From: Diadema antillarum
Taxonomy: Eukaryota
Direction of reading: 5' to 3'
DNA length: 64,000 nt
NCBI RefSeq assembly: GCF_040938485.1
Contig: NW_027271701.1
Span: 186,001-250,000 of the forward strand
A program made the position numbers and the translations under genes. A model generated the notes under the pieces. That model was not told the DNA's origin, did not search any database, and saw nothing but the letters and a program-made list of their open reading frames with translations. Shown here piece after piece: positions 49,808 to 61,000 of this stretch. Every line of letters starts with the position of its first letter. Position 1 is the stretch's first letter.

Positions 49808-52122
49808 CCAAACACAGACAAGCACACACACACACATGCACAAACATGCACAAATCCATCCACTCACACAGACATGCACATATACAGTATAGAAAGCAAC
49901 ATGTCTCACCCTTTGCTGAATTTCTTGAATGGTGGTCGGATCACTGTCCTTGACCCAATGATGCAGTGTCTGCCAATACGAACATTGGCAAGGTCACCCC
50001 TGATGATACACTCCGAATGAATGATTGACTGCAAAATTGGGGATAAACAACAATGACAAAAACTATAACTGCATCATAGGATATAACTTACTAGTACATG
50101 GCAGACATAATCAACAAGGTTAGGGCAAACAATATATATATATATATATATTTTTTTTTTTTTTGGGGGGGGGGGGGGGAGGACTGAAAAAAAAATTACA
50201 GAATGCTGGTGCTGCAGAAGACATCTGCTGCATTTGAGTTTTCACGTTAATGAAACAATCTGTACATGGTTTGCTTTTCTAATTGCCAGAGATAATATTA
50301 ACTCACTGAGACAAAGTTTGAACATCTTCTCCAAAAAGAAAGAAACAAAGAAAGAAAACAAATGAACATACTGAGGAACAGCTTCAACTGGTAGGAATAA
50401 TAGTACCACACACATTCACATTATACTTAGTCAAATGACAGGAGGCTCACTGCCAGCTAAAATTAGAAATGGGCATCACAGAAGATGATTTTGTTGTTGG
50501 TGTTGTTGTTAATTTTGCATAGGTGATAATATCACAAGTTAGAACAGTAAAATGCATGTTCATTCACTCACCTTGCCATTTAGGACTATATTCTGACTGC
50601 CGCATAGTACAGACTGCCTGCTCACCTTGTTCCCAGATGCCTACAATGATACAAAGTATTTCAAATATGAATCACACCTGGCTTGGGGAAAGATTACTGG
50701 TGTGTGCATCACTACACATCTCAGGCTGACACTTGATGCAGTGATCCCACAGAGCAACTCACAGTAAAATAGGATTCCTCCAGAGAAACCTACATGATGT
50801 ATGGCTGCCCCCGTGAAAATCAAAGAAAAGGCATACACGACAAACATACGCCCAATCCTTGAATTGAGTACATGTACTTGTAAAGCCTCGAAAGCCTGGG
50901 ATCCTCACTGCCAAGATCAACAAAGACCAAATCTGAAAGCTCGAAACGGTTCAGGGCATGCTGCTCAGTGCACTCTCGGAGATTATTACCTTCTACACGG
51001 TGTTACCAAAATGCTCCACTTGCTAAAATAGCAGTCTTTCACAGAAAGAAGAGCCCAGCTAACAGTCATAATGCTGTACTGCATCTTGCATGGACTGATT
51101 GCCATCCAACCTGAACCACCTTACATCCACCCAGTAACATGATCATTTGGACAACAACATGCTGAATATCGACAGCATCTCTACAAGGACCTCTGGGTTT
51201 CAAAACTCCTTCTTTCCATTTTCCAAGTGTTATACTGGAACCAGCTCCCCACCAGTCCAGTGTTTGATACACTACAGCCGCTTCCCGAGAACAGTTTAGG
51301 ACGCAGCTGGTTGGGATGACACTGCGTCAAAACCCAGTTGGAAAAGAGGTATCTTTACCTGGACAAGGAGCACTTTTCACCTTGCATACAGTGTAAATAC
51401 ATATGTAACCTCATAGATTTTTATTGAGGATCAAATTTATAAATGCAACATCATTCATTGATCATAGTTTACAGGATGCACTGCATCCGCACATGTGCAA
51501 AGTACGGAAATGCATTGTACTCCACTCAGAGGTCAGTACTTCATCTGGAAGAAGGAGAAGAAGAGGGAGAAAGAGGAGAAAGAGGAGGAGGACAAAAATT
51601 AGGTTTATTTTGTAAATAATGGGAAAACACGAAAAGTTGATTTGCTTAATATCTAACATGTTAGAAACCTACCTAAAAAAACCTACCCGAGTACCCCACC
51701 ATCACTTTTCACAATATTTGAAAAGATCACGCAGTCACTCTATCGTTTTAATAGTCACGTGCCTCACACACAATAAGAGAAAATGTTCAACTCCAATTCA
51801 ACATTCTACAGGTCCGGTGATCCAGTTCGGTCAATACTATAAATTTAAATTTTACTTCAGCAGCTGTTGTTCAGATCGCGATATCTCGCTTTAGTCAGCC
51901 AGAATCCAACACCAAATCAGAGGCGTGGGACTTTACTACACACACCCACGGCTTGAAAGCCGACAGTACACGTATAAAGGGTAAACATCACAAAATAATA
52001 ATTAAAAAAAGAATCTAATAAAGATTATACAGTACGTAGGAATCTGAAAGGCAGAATAAACTGAAGACACATACCGTTTCTATGTATTCAGCTTTCACGT
52101 AAAATGTGTCTTGTTGTTCCAT
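27830..52122 (-). CDS. DCTN5: Dynactin subunit 5 (p25), 183 aa, 6 exons
   Basis: Exons 52122-52075 ([16 protein letters not shown]), 50640-50572 ([23 protein letters not shown]), 50028-49910 (...[10 protein letters not shown]), 48666-48555 ([13 protein letters not shown]...GKNCVI), 31092-30990 ([10 protein letters not shown]...[11 protein letters not shown]), 27930-27830 ([16 protein letters not shown]...*). All GT/AG, 552 nt. Missed by the ORF track because the exons are short. Confidence 0.97.
28406..30955. mobile_element. Non-autonomous Sola2-like DNA transposon (2.55 kb) in DCTN5 intron 5
   Basis: 18-bp TIRs GGGCAATTCCGC(G/A)GTTAG, 4-bp TSD ACAT (28402-28405 and 30956-30959), eight GGTTAGTAACGTTAC copies. 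GRG termini plus a 4-bp TSD fit Sola2. Confidence 0.75.
32624..33616 (+). pseudogene. Tyrosine recombinase of DIRS/Ngaro-type retroelement (or Crypton-like element), disrupted
   Basis: SAM-like N-terminus ([18 protein letters not shown]), [31 protein letters not shown]. Frameshift near 32770 and TGA at 33023-33025. No RT/RNase H upstream. Confidence 0.88.
36397..37088. mobile_element. MITE nested in the Academ element
   Basis: ~40-bp imperfect inverted ends GGACC.GTTTGC.GCAGGG..TCCAGTTTGC.GCACCCC; TSD not resolved. Related ends at 53643-54156. Confidence 0.45.
37663..43462 (+). CDS. Academ transposase: N-terminal Zn-binding motif, Academ DDE-like core, XPG/FEN1-PIN nuclease, C-terminal CXC; ~1496 aa from ATG 37663
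   Basis: Exons 37661-41020, 41338-41494, 41609-41792, 42176-42592, 42772-43016, 43333-43462 splice in frame with no stops. Motifs [76 protein letters not shown]. The AG at 37659-60 suggests a further upstream exon I could not place. Confidence 0.88.
48774..49334. mobile_element. Kolobok-like MITE (561 bp) with TTAA TSD, DCTN5 intron 3
   Basis: TTAA|AGGACATGTTCACCTTCAT ... ATGAAGGTGAACTTGTCCT|TTAA, with ~120-bp imperfect inverted arms. Confidence 0.85.
50770..51250 (+). mobile_element. Decayed non-LTR (CR1/L2-group) RT C-terminal fragment in DCTN5 intron 1
   Basis: Frameshifted remnants [25 protein letters not shown]...ML..ILHGL, FQNSFFP, LWNQLP. Confidence 0.8.
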
Positions 52123-52207
52123 GATTTCAGGAACTTCTACGTAGCCGAGAGAAATTCACTGCTGCCCTCTGCGTCAAAATCTTTCCAATCTCAGACACAC
52201 AAGCAAC
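52123..52207. promoter_or_regulatory. 85-bp bidirectional promoter / 5'UTR interval between DCTN5 and SRP68
   Basis: CAT of DCTN5 at 52120-52122 and ATG of SRP68 at 52208-52210; contains TGCGTCA and CCAAT. Confidence 0.85.
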
Positions 52208-54977
52208 ATGGCAGGGGACGAAGAGAGCATGACTGATGTGGCAGACGAGAGCCAAGGCCCGAGTCAGAAGGAAACATTCACCCTAGAAAGTATCCTTTAA
52301 CATCACGGAAATTCCGTTTGCAATCATGTTCTTCTGAGGAGCGAAAAAGTAAGATAAGCGAGAAAAGGAAAGTATCAGCCACGTCCCAAATTGTAACATG
52401 AGCATGGCTGCAAAGGGAGCTAGATTCTAATGTTTAAACGACTGTGGCATGCTGCGCCGTGCTGCGCTGGTTGTGTGTTCGTGAATGAGCGTGACTGGTT
52501 GTAAATTGTGCACGGTGCAGGTAATCCGGTAACATATGGCATATCTGGGACTAAACCCTGCTGAGCAAAAGAAATGGTGGACAGACTTAGTCTTAGAATC
52601 TCACACTTAATGCTTTCTCGGGTACATAGAAGGATTGATAGTTCAGTATTCTATTTAGTATGATTTAATTAGTGCCTGGAATGAATTTTGAGTGAAAAGG
52701 TGATTACCGTAGTTATGGGTAAACTCGGCCTAGCGGGTAAAGTCGGCCGCCAGCGCGCACAGTACAATTTTATGTACTGTGCGCGCTGGCGGCCGACTTT
52801 ACCCACTAGGCCGAGTTTACCCATAACTACGGTACTGTCTGTGGCTGTAAAAGTGGATATTTTAACGAGACCAATTTTTTGCGCTTGGCCAGGTAAGAAG
52901 TCAGCGTTTTCGCCTGTTTTGGCATTCTGCGAAATCATGACACAAAGTACAGAAACATACATTGTATGGCAAGCAAATGTATTTGCGAGCTTTCATTTTC
53001 GCGCTAGTTTCTGGTTGCGTGAAATGCTCGAAAATTTCAACAACGCAAAAATTCCCACTTTTACAGTATTTTATCATTTGTTTTGTTAGCTTGTTTGTTA
53101 TTCATCAAAAAAGGAGGAAGGGAGGGGAACTCTGGTCATTCCATTTCTTTAAATTCATGAATCCTTGGTCAGTCAGTTGAAAGAGGCTATATACATGTAA
53201 TTGTACTACTTATCCCTGTTTGCAGCATTAAAAAAAAAAAAGAAGTTTTTTTTTGACCTTGGAAAATCTTCAACATATTCCAGCCTCTGTGGAAAAGCCA
53301 AAATAAATGGTACAGTTACTAATTGTATGACTTCTTTGATTTATGCAACTCACTCAACATGCAAGACACCCGTATGTTTTTGTTGTTATTACATGTATTA
53401 AAGTTTTGTGGCGTATTCGTGTGCCGAATATTGACACCATCTACGTTCGGTTTTCTGTATCTTTTTGGCTTGCTTGCGTTTTACTTTTCATGAGGAGTCC
53501 CAGGTTTTCATTCTTTTTTGTTCTACCTATAAAGCTCATCTATAGGTGATTCACATGGTCAAGAGTGACTGGTCAATGTGCGGTCAGGGCGTCCCTCCTT
53601 GCAGCAGAATACGCCGGTTTAATTATAGTGGCAGTGTCTGATTTTGTGGCAGGGGGTGTTCCAGTTTGTGGCACAAGGCGATAAGGTAGTAGCACGCACG
53701 ATCACGATAAGGCTAGGTTGTAATAGCACCAGCAGACTGCATGCGTTCAGTGAATACAGGTCTGATTCGCCATCTGAAGCAAATCAGAACTTGCGCCCTC
53801 CACCCATGCCCTGTTTGTGGCCTCCCCTAAAACTTTGTTTAATTATTTGAATATTTCTTGCGTTCTGGAGTCTAACTTATGAGGCGATTCTTTAATACTC
53901 TGGTACATCAACTAAAATTGTATTCATTTTGAATTGATCTAGTTATGTTCATAAGCTTTACTGAATAGTACTCTGTGAACTTACTGGCTTTAGAGGCTTT
54001 CCAGAGAATCAGATGTGTTTTGTCCCACATACATAAAACAAAAGCAGAAGTTACTTTCACATATTATTAAAAGTGGGAGTACTCTAGCTCCTGATTGGGT
54101 AGTTTCATCTATGAATGAAACTGCCCCTGCCGCAAATAAGCACCCTGCCGCAAACCTAGATGTGTAGTACTTCCCTATCAGAAGAAGAGGTCTAGTCTAA
54201 AGAGGTCACTGCACTGCCTGCTTGGATCTAGTCAATGCACTCAAGAATACTGAATAGGGTGAATGAAAAACACTGGGAAAGATAGCATATTTTCTGGAGT
54301 GTTCAGGGAAGCTCTGCTGCACCCTTGACCCTCCCTGCCATGCATGGTTGCTTACTGTAGATCTACTTCTACATCTATTTTGCTCAAATCCTATGACAGA
54401 GAGTAGCAGAGGAATTTCAACTCGTAGCTACTGATAGTCGTAGAGTACCTCATTGGAGAAAAGTAAAACACTACAGTAAAGGTATCTGTGAACAGTGTTG
54501 TATACAGCAGTCTGCCATATTGCGGTGTAAGACATTACCAAATAAAGATTGAATGTATGACTGTAGAAGAAGCATGAATTGTTATTGTGTATAAAAGTGA
54601 AAGTTGTCTTAATACGCGTCATGTCATTTTATGAAAGTGTTCTACTGGTGATGGACTTATAACACAGTCCTCAAGGCTGGTAGATTTCTTTTGCCATATC
54701 AAAATTTTGTTATAGCAGAACAATTTTGGGGATGTAAATTTGTACTCTATTGAAAGGTCCCTATTCTATGTGTTAGGCGCCAAATATGAAAGAGCTACAT
54801 AGTTTGTCTCGATGTTGAATAATATGATTTGCTCATGGTATCAATCCTTGACAGTGTCTACTTTTACTTCTAGTCCTGAGCATCATCAAAGAGTCTCAAC
54901 AGCAGCATGGTATGCGCCATGGTGATTACCAACGGTATAGGTGAGTCCAAAATACCAAAGACACATTTCAAATGATG

Positions 54978-55009
<32 letters not shown>

Positions 55010-58000
55010 GATGATGATAATAATAATAATGAAAAATACCAATACTGTGTCCTCATCATGATAATACTGATAAATACCACATGATGATATGTTATGCTTT
55101 ATACATCTGTGTGGGGCAGCACCAGTGTACATCATTCTGTGCATGTGACACACAATGGCACCCTATAATGTACCAAAGAGAAGTTATTTTGAATGGATAG
55201 AATGCCTTTATAAGTAGTAGTGAGAAATTAGACATTATGATGACATAAGCTACCAACTATCCTTTGGTACACTCTGAGTTACCAAGAAAAAAAAATATGA
55301 TGTGAATGTTGATATTATAATAATAGTGATGATGATAAAAGATTATGATAATCAATTTTAATCTGTGACTTTGGTTAGCTTTGTTTGAGCATGTAAAGCA
55401 GGCCAATTCAAGGAATCTGCTGAGTGAGGAGTGAGAGATTCTTGAAGTTAAAATACCCTGTACAAGGCAAACTGTAAAGGTATTGCCAGTGATACCCACT
55501 TCACACAGATGCCATTTTACCTACTCCTGACCCAATCTTTATTATACTGAGATAAAACTGCATTGCTATGATCTGCGATTGGCAGAAGAAGAATAGGCTT
55601 TTTTTACAATCACACACATTGGAACAGGAAAGTTGCATTTGACTTTTGGTGGTAATTTTTGTTGTTCTCCCCTTCACAGGAGTTACTGTTCAAGGCGGCT
55701 GAGGAGGATACGCAAATCTCTCAAATTCACTTATGGAAATAGGAACAAGTATGTCAAGAGGCAGATCAAAGAAGATGTCATCACAGATGTCAGGTCAGTT
55801 TGTTACTGTCAAGATACTGTCTGGTCAGTTTGTTACTGTCAAGATACTGTCAGGTCAGTTTGTTACTGTCAAGATACTGTACACCATTTGCAACCATGTC
55901 TCGTATTCATGTCATATACAAATTGTATTAGCATACAATGTATTACATGTGGCATTTTAACTCCGTTTGTTCAAAGGAGCAGTAAATGAAGTTATTTTTT
56001 GACACAATTTTTCATACAAGATCAATAATTAGTTGAATCAAGAAACTGGAAAACAAACTCACTGTTGCGACGTTTCGCCAATTATCAATTGGCTTCATTC
56101 GCCTGAAGAAGTCAATTGATAATTGGCGAAATGTCGCAACAGTGAGCTTGTTTTCCAGTTTCTTGATTCAGCTACATTGATCTTGTACTTCGACTGGATG
56201 AATGAGAAGAATTTACATTAGTCAATTTTTCATACACATTAACAGTGTTAGGAAATTCTATTTCTCCGTGGATTATCTGTATTAAAAGATATATAGCACA
56301 TTTCTGCTTACTGTAGCTATGAGTAAACGACAGCTTTGATTTCGTGGGACATTCATATGAGTAGATTCTATGAAATAGTAAGTTTTAGATATAATATACC
56401 TTTGAAAATAAATGTCAAAATATCTTATACAATTGCTTCTCATTCTAGGTTTCTGTATCTACCCCTTGTGTGTGCTGAGAGAGCATGGAGTTATGCGATG
56501 CAGCTCAAAACAGAGGGAAACACTGAGCCGCGAAAGCGCTTCCACGTCATCTCACGGCTGCGCAAGGCAGTCAAGTATGCCACAGAGCTGGAGACACTAG
56601 CACAGAGTGACAAGTGCGATGCTCGATCGAAGCTGGAAGCTCAGGTAGGGCACTCTACTGGTGTTTTGCACATCATTGTTCAGAATATTGCTCTCATATT
56701 ACTTGAAACTATAATTTTTACTTGATATACTCTCCTTCTTACCTTCAGTATTTCCCTTTGTCCTTACCAGCTTGATATTATAGAATTTTCTTTTTTTATT
56801 ATTACTATTGATATTTTCATTCTACAGTTTTCTTATGCAGAATTTCTAGCTCAGGTTCAAATGTCTGTGTCTGTAATATCCTATGCCTTTTCCTGTAAAT
56901 GACAAAGACAAAGACAGAATTGATTTGCATTGCTTCAGTGTTTGGAAACAGATTAGTAGTTGCTTTACACAATTTTGTTTCCTTGTGTATACAATGTTTA
57001 TAACTTTTTCCCCCAGGCTTATTGTGCATGGATGAAAGGCATGGTGTTCTTTGAGCTGGAGCAGTGGGAAGACTGCATAAAAACTCTCAGTGCTGCAAAG
57101 TGAGTACAAATTTGTTCATGTATTCTCGGAAGGTTTCCATGGCGAGAGGCATAGTCTTGGTGATTTTCAGTCCACCATGCACCAAATTCTTCTTGGAGCG
57201 AAAGGTGGGACTGGAAAGGACCAATGCAGTCAACTCATTGGCCCTTTTCAGGGCCACCTCTCACTCCAAGAAAGTATTCTGTGCATGGTGTACTGGAAAT
57301 TACCTAGAAATTTGTTCTTGTCAAAAGATAAACAGGTGTATCTGTGTTTTCTATGATGTATATGTTTTACTTCTTGTTCCTTGATCACATTTTAAACAAA
57401 AATACCATAAACATCAAACAGATGAATGATTGTAGATGCTGAGTATGTGTGTGAAACTGGAGGGAAACTTTCAAAATCATGCATCATGCTGGAGTGATGT
57501 AAAAGGAAACCAAAATATGCAGTGAAAAAGATCCTCATACACTTAACACCCCACCCCACCCCACCCCCTCAAAAAACAAAACAGAACAACACAGAACAAA
57601 ATAAAACATGAAACAAAACAGCAACAAAAAGGTGCCAAACGCAAGTGCAGGGTAGCAATGTAATTCCAGTGAAACATTCATTCATTATTATATAGTATAT
57701 CATTTCATGAGTGTGACTGTGATCTGTGTCTGACTGTTGCAGAACTATCTATGAGAAGTTGGCAAGTGCCCTCAATGAGGAGCAGAGGGCTGTGTACATG
57801 CAGCGTGTGGAGGAGATCTCCCCGAGTATACGATACTGTGCCTACAACATCGGCGACGAGAGCGCCATCAATGACCTCGTGCAGATGAGGCTCAAGTCGG
57901 GAGGCCAGATGTCAACTAACATAGATGTGAGTTTGCTCCATTCCAAGAGACAGAACTGAGATAAAGTGACACATGGTTACCCCTCTGTCTTCTCATGCGA

Positions 58001-61000
58001 ATCGAGTACGGCTGTATGTCGCCACAGTAAAAGGTGACAGAGTGAATAGAAAAATGATTAATGTACTTTTCTGTCAAATTGACAGGTACAAGATAAAGGC
58101 TTTCTACTGATGGTTTTGTGCATTTTGTACTCTGTAATGTGTGATCCAAGAATTGTCAGTGAATGTGTTGCTTACTAAATCCACCTAAGAATTTGTGCAG
58201 GGCAATATTTTCTCTAATTAAAACCAGACCTCCACAATCTATTCACTGACACTTTACTGTCAATTGACCGCATTTTAGAGTCTTCTTGCCCAGACGAGAG
58301 AGAAGCAAGCAGCCACCCTGAGCGAGGTCACCTGGCGAGGGCGCACTGTGCCGGTCCGCAACGAGCAGGTGCGAGCCTTCCTGCTGACGTGCCAGGAGAA
58401 TGAGCAGCAGCTGACGACGGCTGTGATGGACCACGAGGGCAAGGTGTCCGTCTACGAGAGCCTCCTCTTGCAGTGCAAGGATGCCCTGCAGATCATCCGG
58501 GAGGAGCTTAGGGCGGATCCGGTGGGTGGAAACAGAGGGTTGCTCTCCTCTTGGGAGCTCTTAAAGGGATCGTACAGTTTTGCTTGAGACCTAATTTCAG
58601 GTTTCTAACATTTTTTGGTGAGATAATGAGAAGTCTCTTATGAAATATGAAAGAGCATGTAATTCTATGAGGAATTCAACGTTTATTTGATGAAAATTGG
58701 TTTTGAAATGGCTGAGATATCCAAAAAAGAGCGATTCTAATAAAGTGTGGGACCCACACTTAACTATGATCGCTTTGTTTTACTTTGTTTTTGGATGTTT
58801 CATTCATTCCACACCCGATTTTCATCAAATAAACTTTGAATTCCTCTTAAAATGGTATGCTCTGTACTATATAATAAGTGTTTTCTTGGTATCTCGCAAA
58901 AAGTTAAAAGCCCAATTCTCATCTCCACCAATACTGTACTATCCCTTTAAGCACACCCTCAAACACAAAGCTTGTTGGAAATCATATTTATTGGAAAATC
59001 AGGACGGACTGATATCAATAGTTTTGGGTCATTGGGTCTTTTTATTTATTTATTTTTTTTAGGTTGCATGAAATAAAGAGCACAAGGGTTAAATCTGGGT
59101 GTAGATTTGCATTCCAATTCTACTTGCAGTCCACTTGTGCAGAATGACTATGTTGTGTGTGGATGATTTTCACTGTGGCTCTTTGATTTTTGTGATGGAT
59201 ATACAGAAAAAACTCTTTCGTAACAACTCAACATCAGAATGTCTGTTCCTTATGAGTCTGATTAGTCGTCTCCACTGAACTGCAAATTTGTCATGTTTCA
59301 GAAAGAACACTTGATTTCAAAATGCAAATATTTCATGACAATCTTTCCTCCATTGTTTAAGCATTGACTTGGACTTTATATCAGCTAATAGAGAATATTT
59401 GAGCTCTTCAAAACAACATAACTAATCGGTATCCCCTCATTTCCCATGTGGTGACTCTATAGACGGCAAAGCCAAAGGGCCAGCGCCAGGACGGGCCTGT
59501 GTCCGGTGTTCAGTACCTACACACATACCTCACTTACATTCGTCTGACCAAGACGATAGAACGCAACATCCTCCTGGCGGAATCGCTCAAGGCCAACCTC
59601 CAGCCCCGCGACGAGACAGAGCAGGAGAACTCGGGCCAGAAGCGCACCAAGCCCCAAGACCTCATCCGACTCTACGACATCATCCTACAGGTGAGATGTG
59701 CTGTTTCAGGAGCAAATCTATTCTTTCTTTTTTTTCCACAGAAAGTTATCACACTGACATAATATACTGAAAAATGACTTGTAGTAAAAATGATATATCA
59801 TGCTAAGTACTCCATAACATGCACTTTCAAATCGTCTCATTTGATTTTCTTTTTTCTTTCCTTTTTCAGAATCTCTTAGAAATTCCACAGCTACCAGGGT
59901 TAGAGAGTGACTTAGACTTACAGCAAGAAGTGTCTGCCAAGACTCTAAAGTACAAGGCCAATAGGTAACTGTTTTTCCTGCTAGATTTTTTTTTTCGTTT
60001 TTTTTTTTTTTTGTAGAGATAAGAGTAGAAATACATTTGAGACATTTCTTGATGTTGTTGTTTTTTTAAGTTTTCAAATCTATTGTTTTTGGTTTCAGGT
60101 TACTTGTAATGGCTTCCTATGCCCTCCCAAATCTGATGAGGAATTTAATGCGAGCCACATCCAAGTAATGCAACCCAAACTACTTTTTTGTTGGTCCCCA
60201 TCTGCAAACCATTAAATGGTTACCGCTTATTACTCACGAAGGGTCTTGTCTACACTATATGCATTGAATTCCAGTGATAATTCGTCAAAATTTCGTGCCA
60301 TGAAAAAAATGCTGTTTCCTTTAGGAAACCCACTCCTTCATATAAAATGATGCCTATGATATCATGCCAATTGTTTGCTCATGTGTCATTCTCATCTCTA
60401 AATAGTTTTGATTCATTTATTCACTCTCTACTAACAGGTGTTTCTTCCTAGCACAGTCTTACAGTCAGGTCAAGAAGTGGACGGAGGCGGCTGCATTGTT
60501 TGAGAGGGCCATCTCACATGCCAAGTCTTCCATTAAGGAGTGGAAGGCCATCAAAACGAGACCTGTCAAGGTGGGAAAGGGGTTCCTCTCTCTCTTCCCC
60601 TCCCCCTCAAATATTTTTTTTTTGTGCGTGTGCCTTCGTCCTAGTTATGTTGGAACTTGTAGCATTCAATATTTTTGTGTTTATTAGGGAACAAAGTAGT
60701 GTTCCTTAGACAAGTTTTGGAGTGGGATCGTGATGAGGGTGGCATTTAAGAGAGTGGACCCGTAGCAGCCCTTCACTGTTCAGGAGGCATCATGTTTTAG
60801 GGTCGTCTATTTGTTTTTCCATCATCCGTCTGTCTGTCCATGTAACTGTCAATTCCGTCATTCCCAGCTAGATTTCGGTGTAAATATAATGGCTTATGAT
60901 TGTCTGTGTTACATGGATGTTTGAAGTTATTCATTTTCTTTTTACAAAACAAAGCAGAACAAAACAAATGTTTTATCATGGCTACTACTAAAACACTGAT

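Noticed and set aside
49766-50180. Poly-C and poly-G runs as G-quadruplex elements
   Set aside because: Simple homopolymers flanking DCTN5 exon 3, prone to slippage and sequencing error; no other support.
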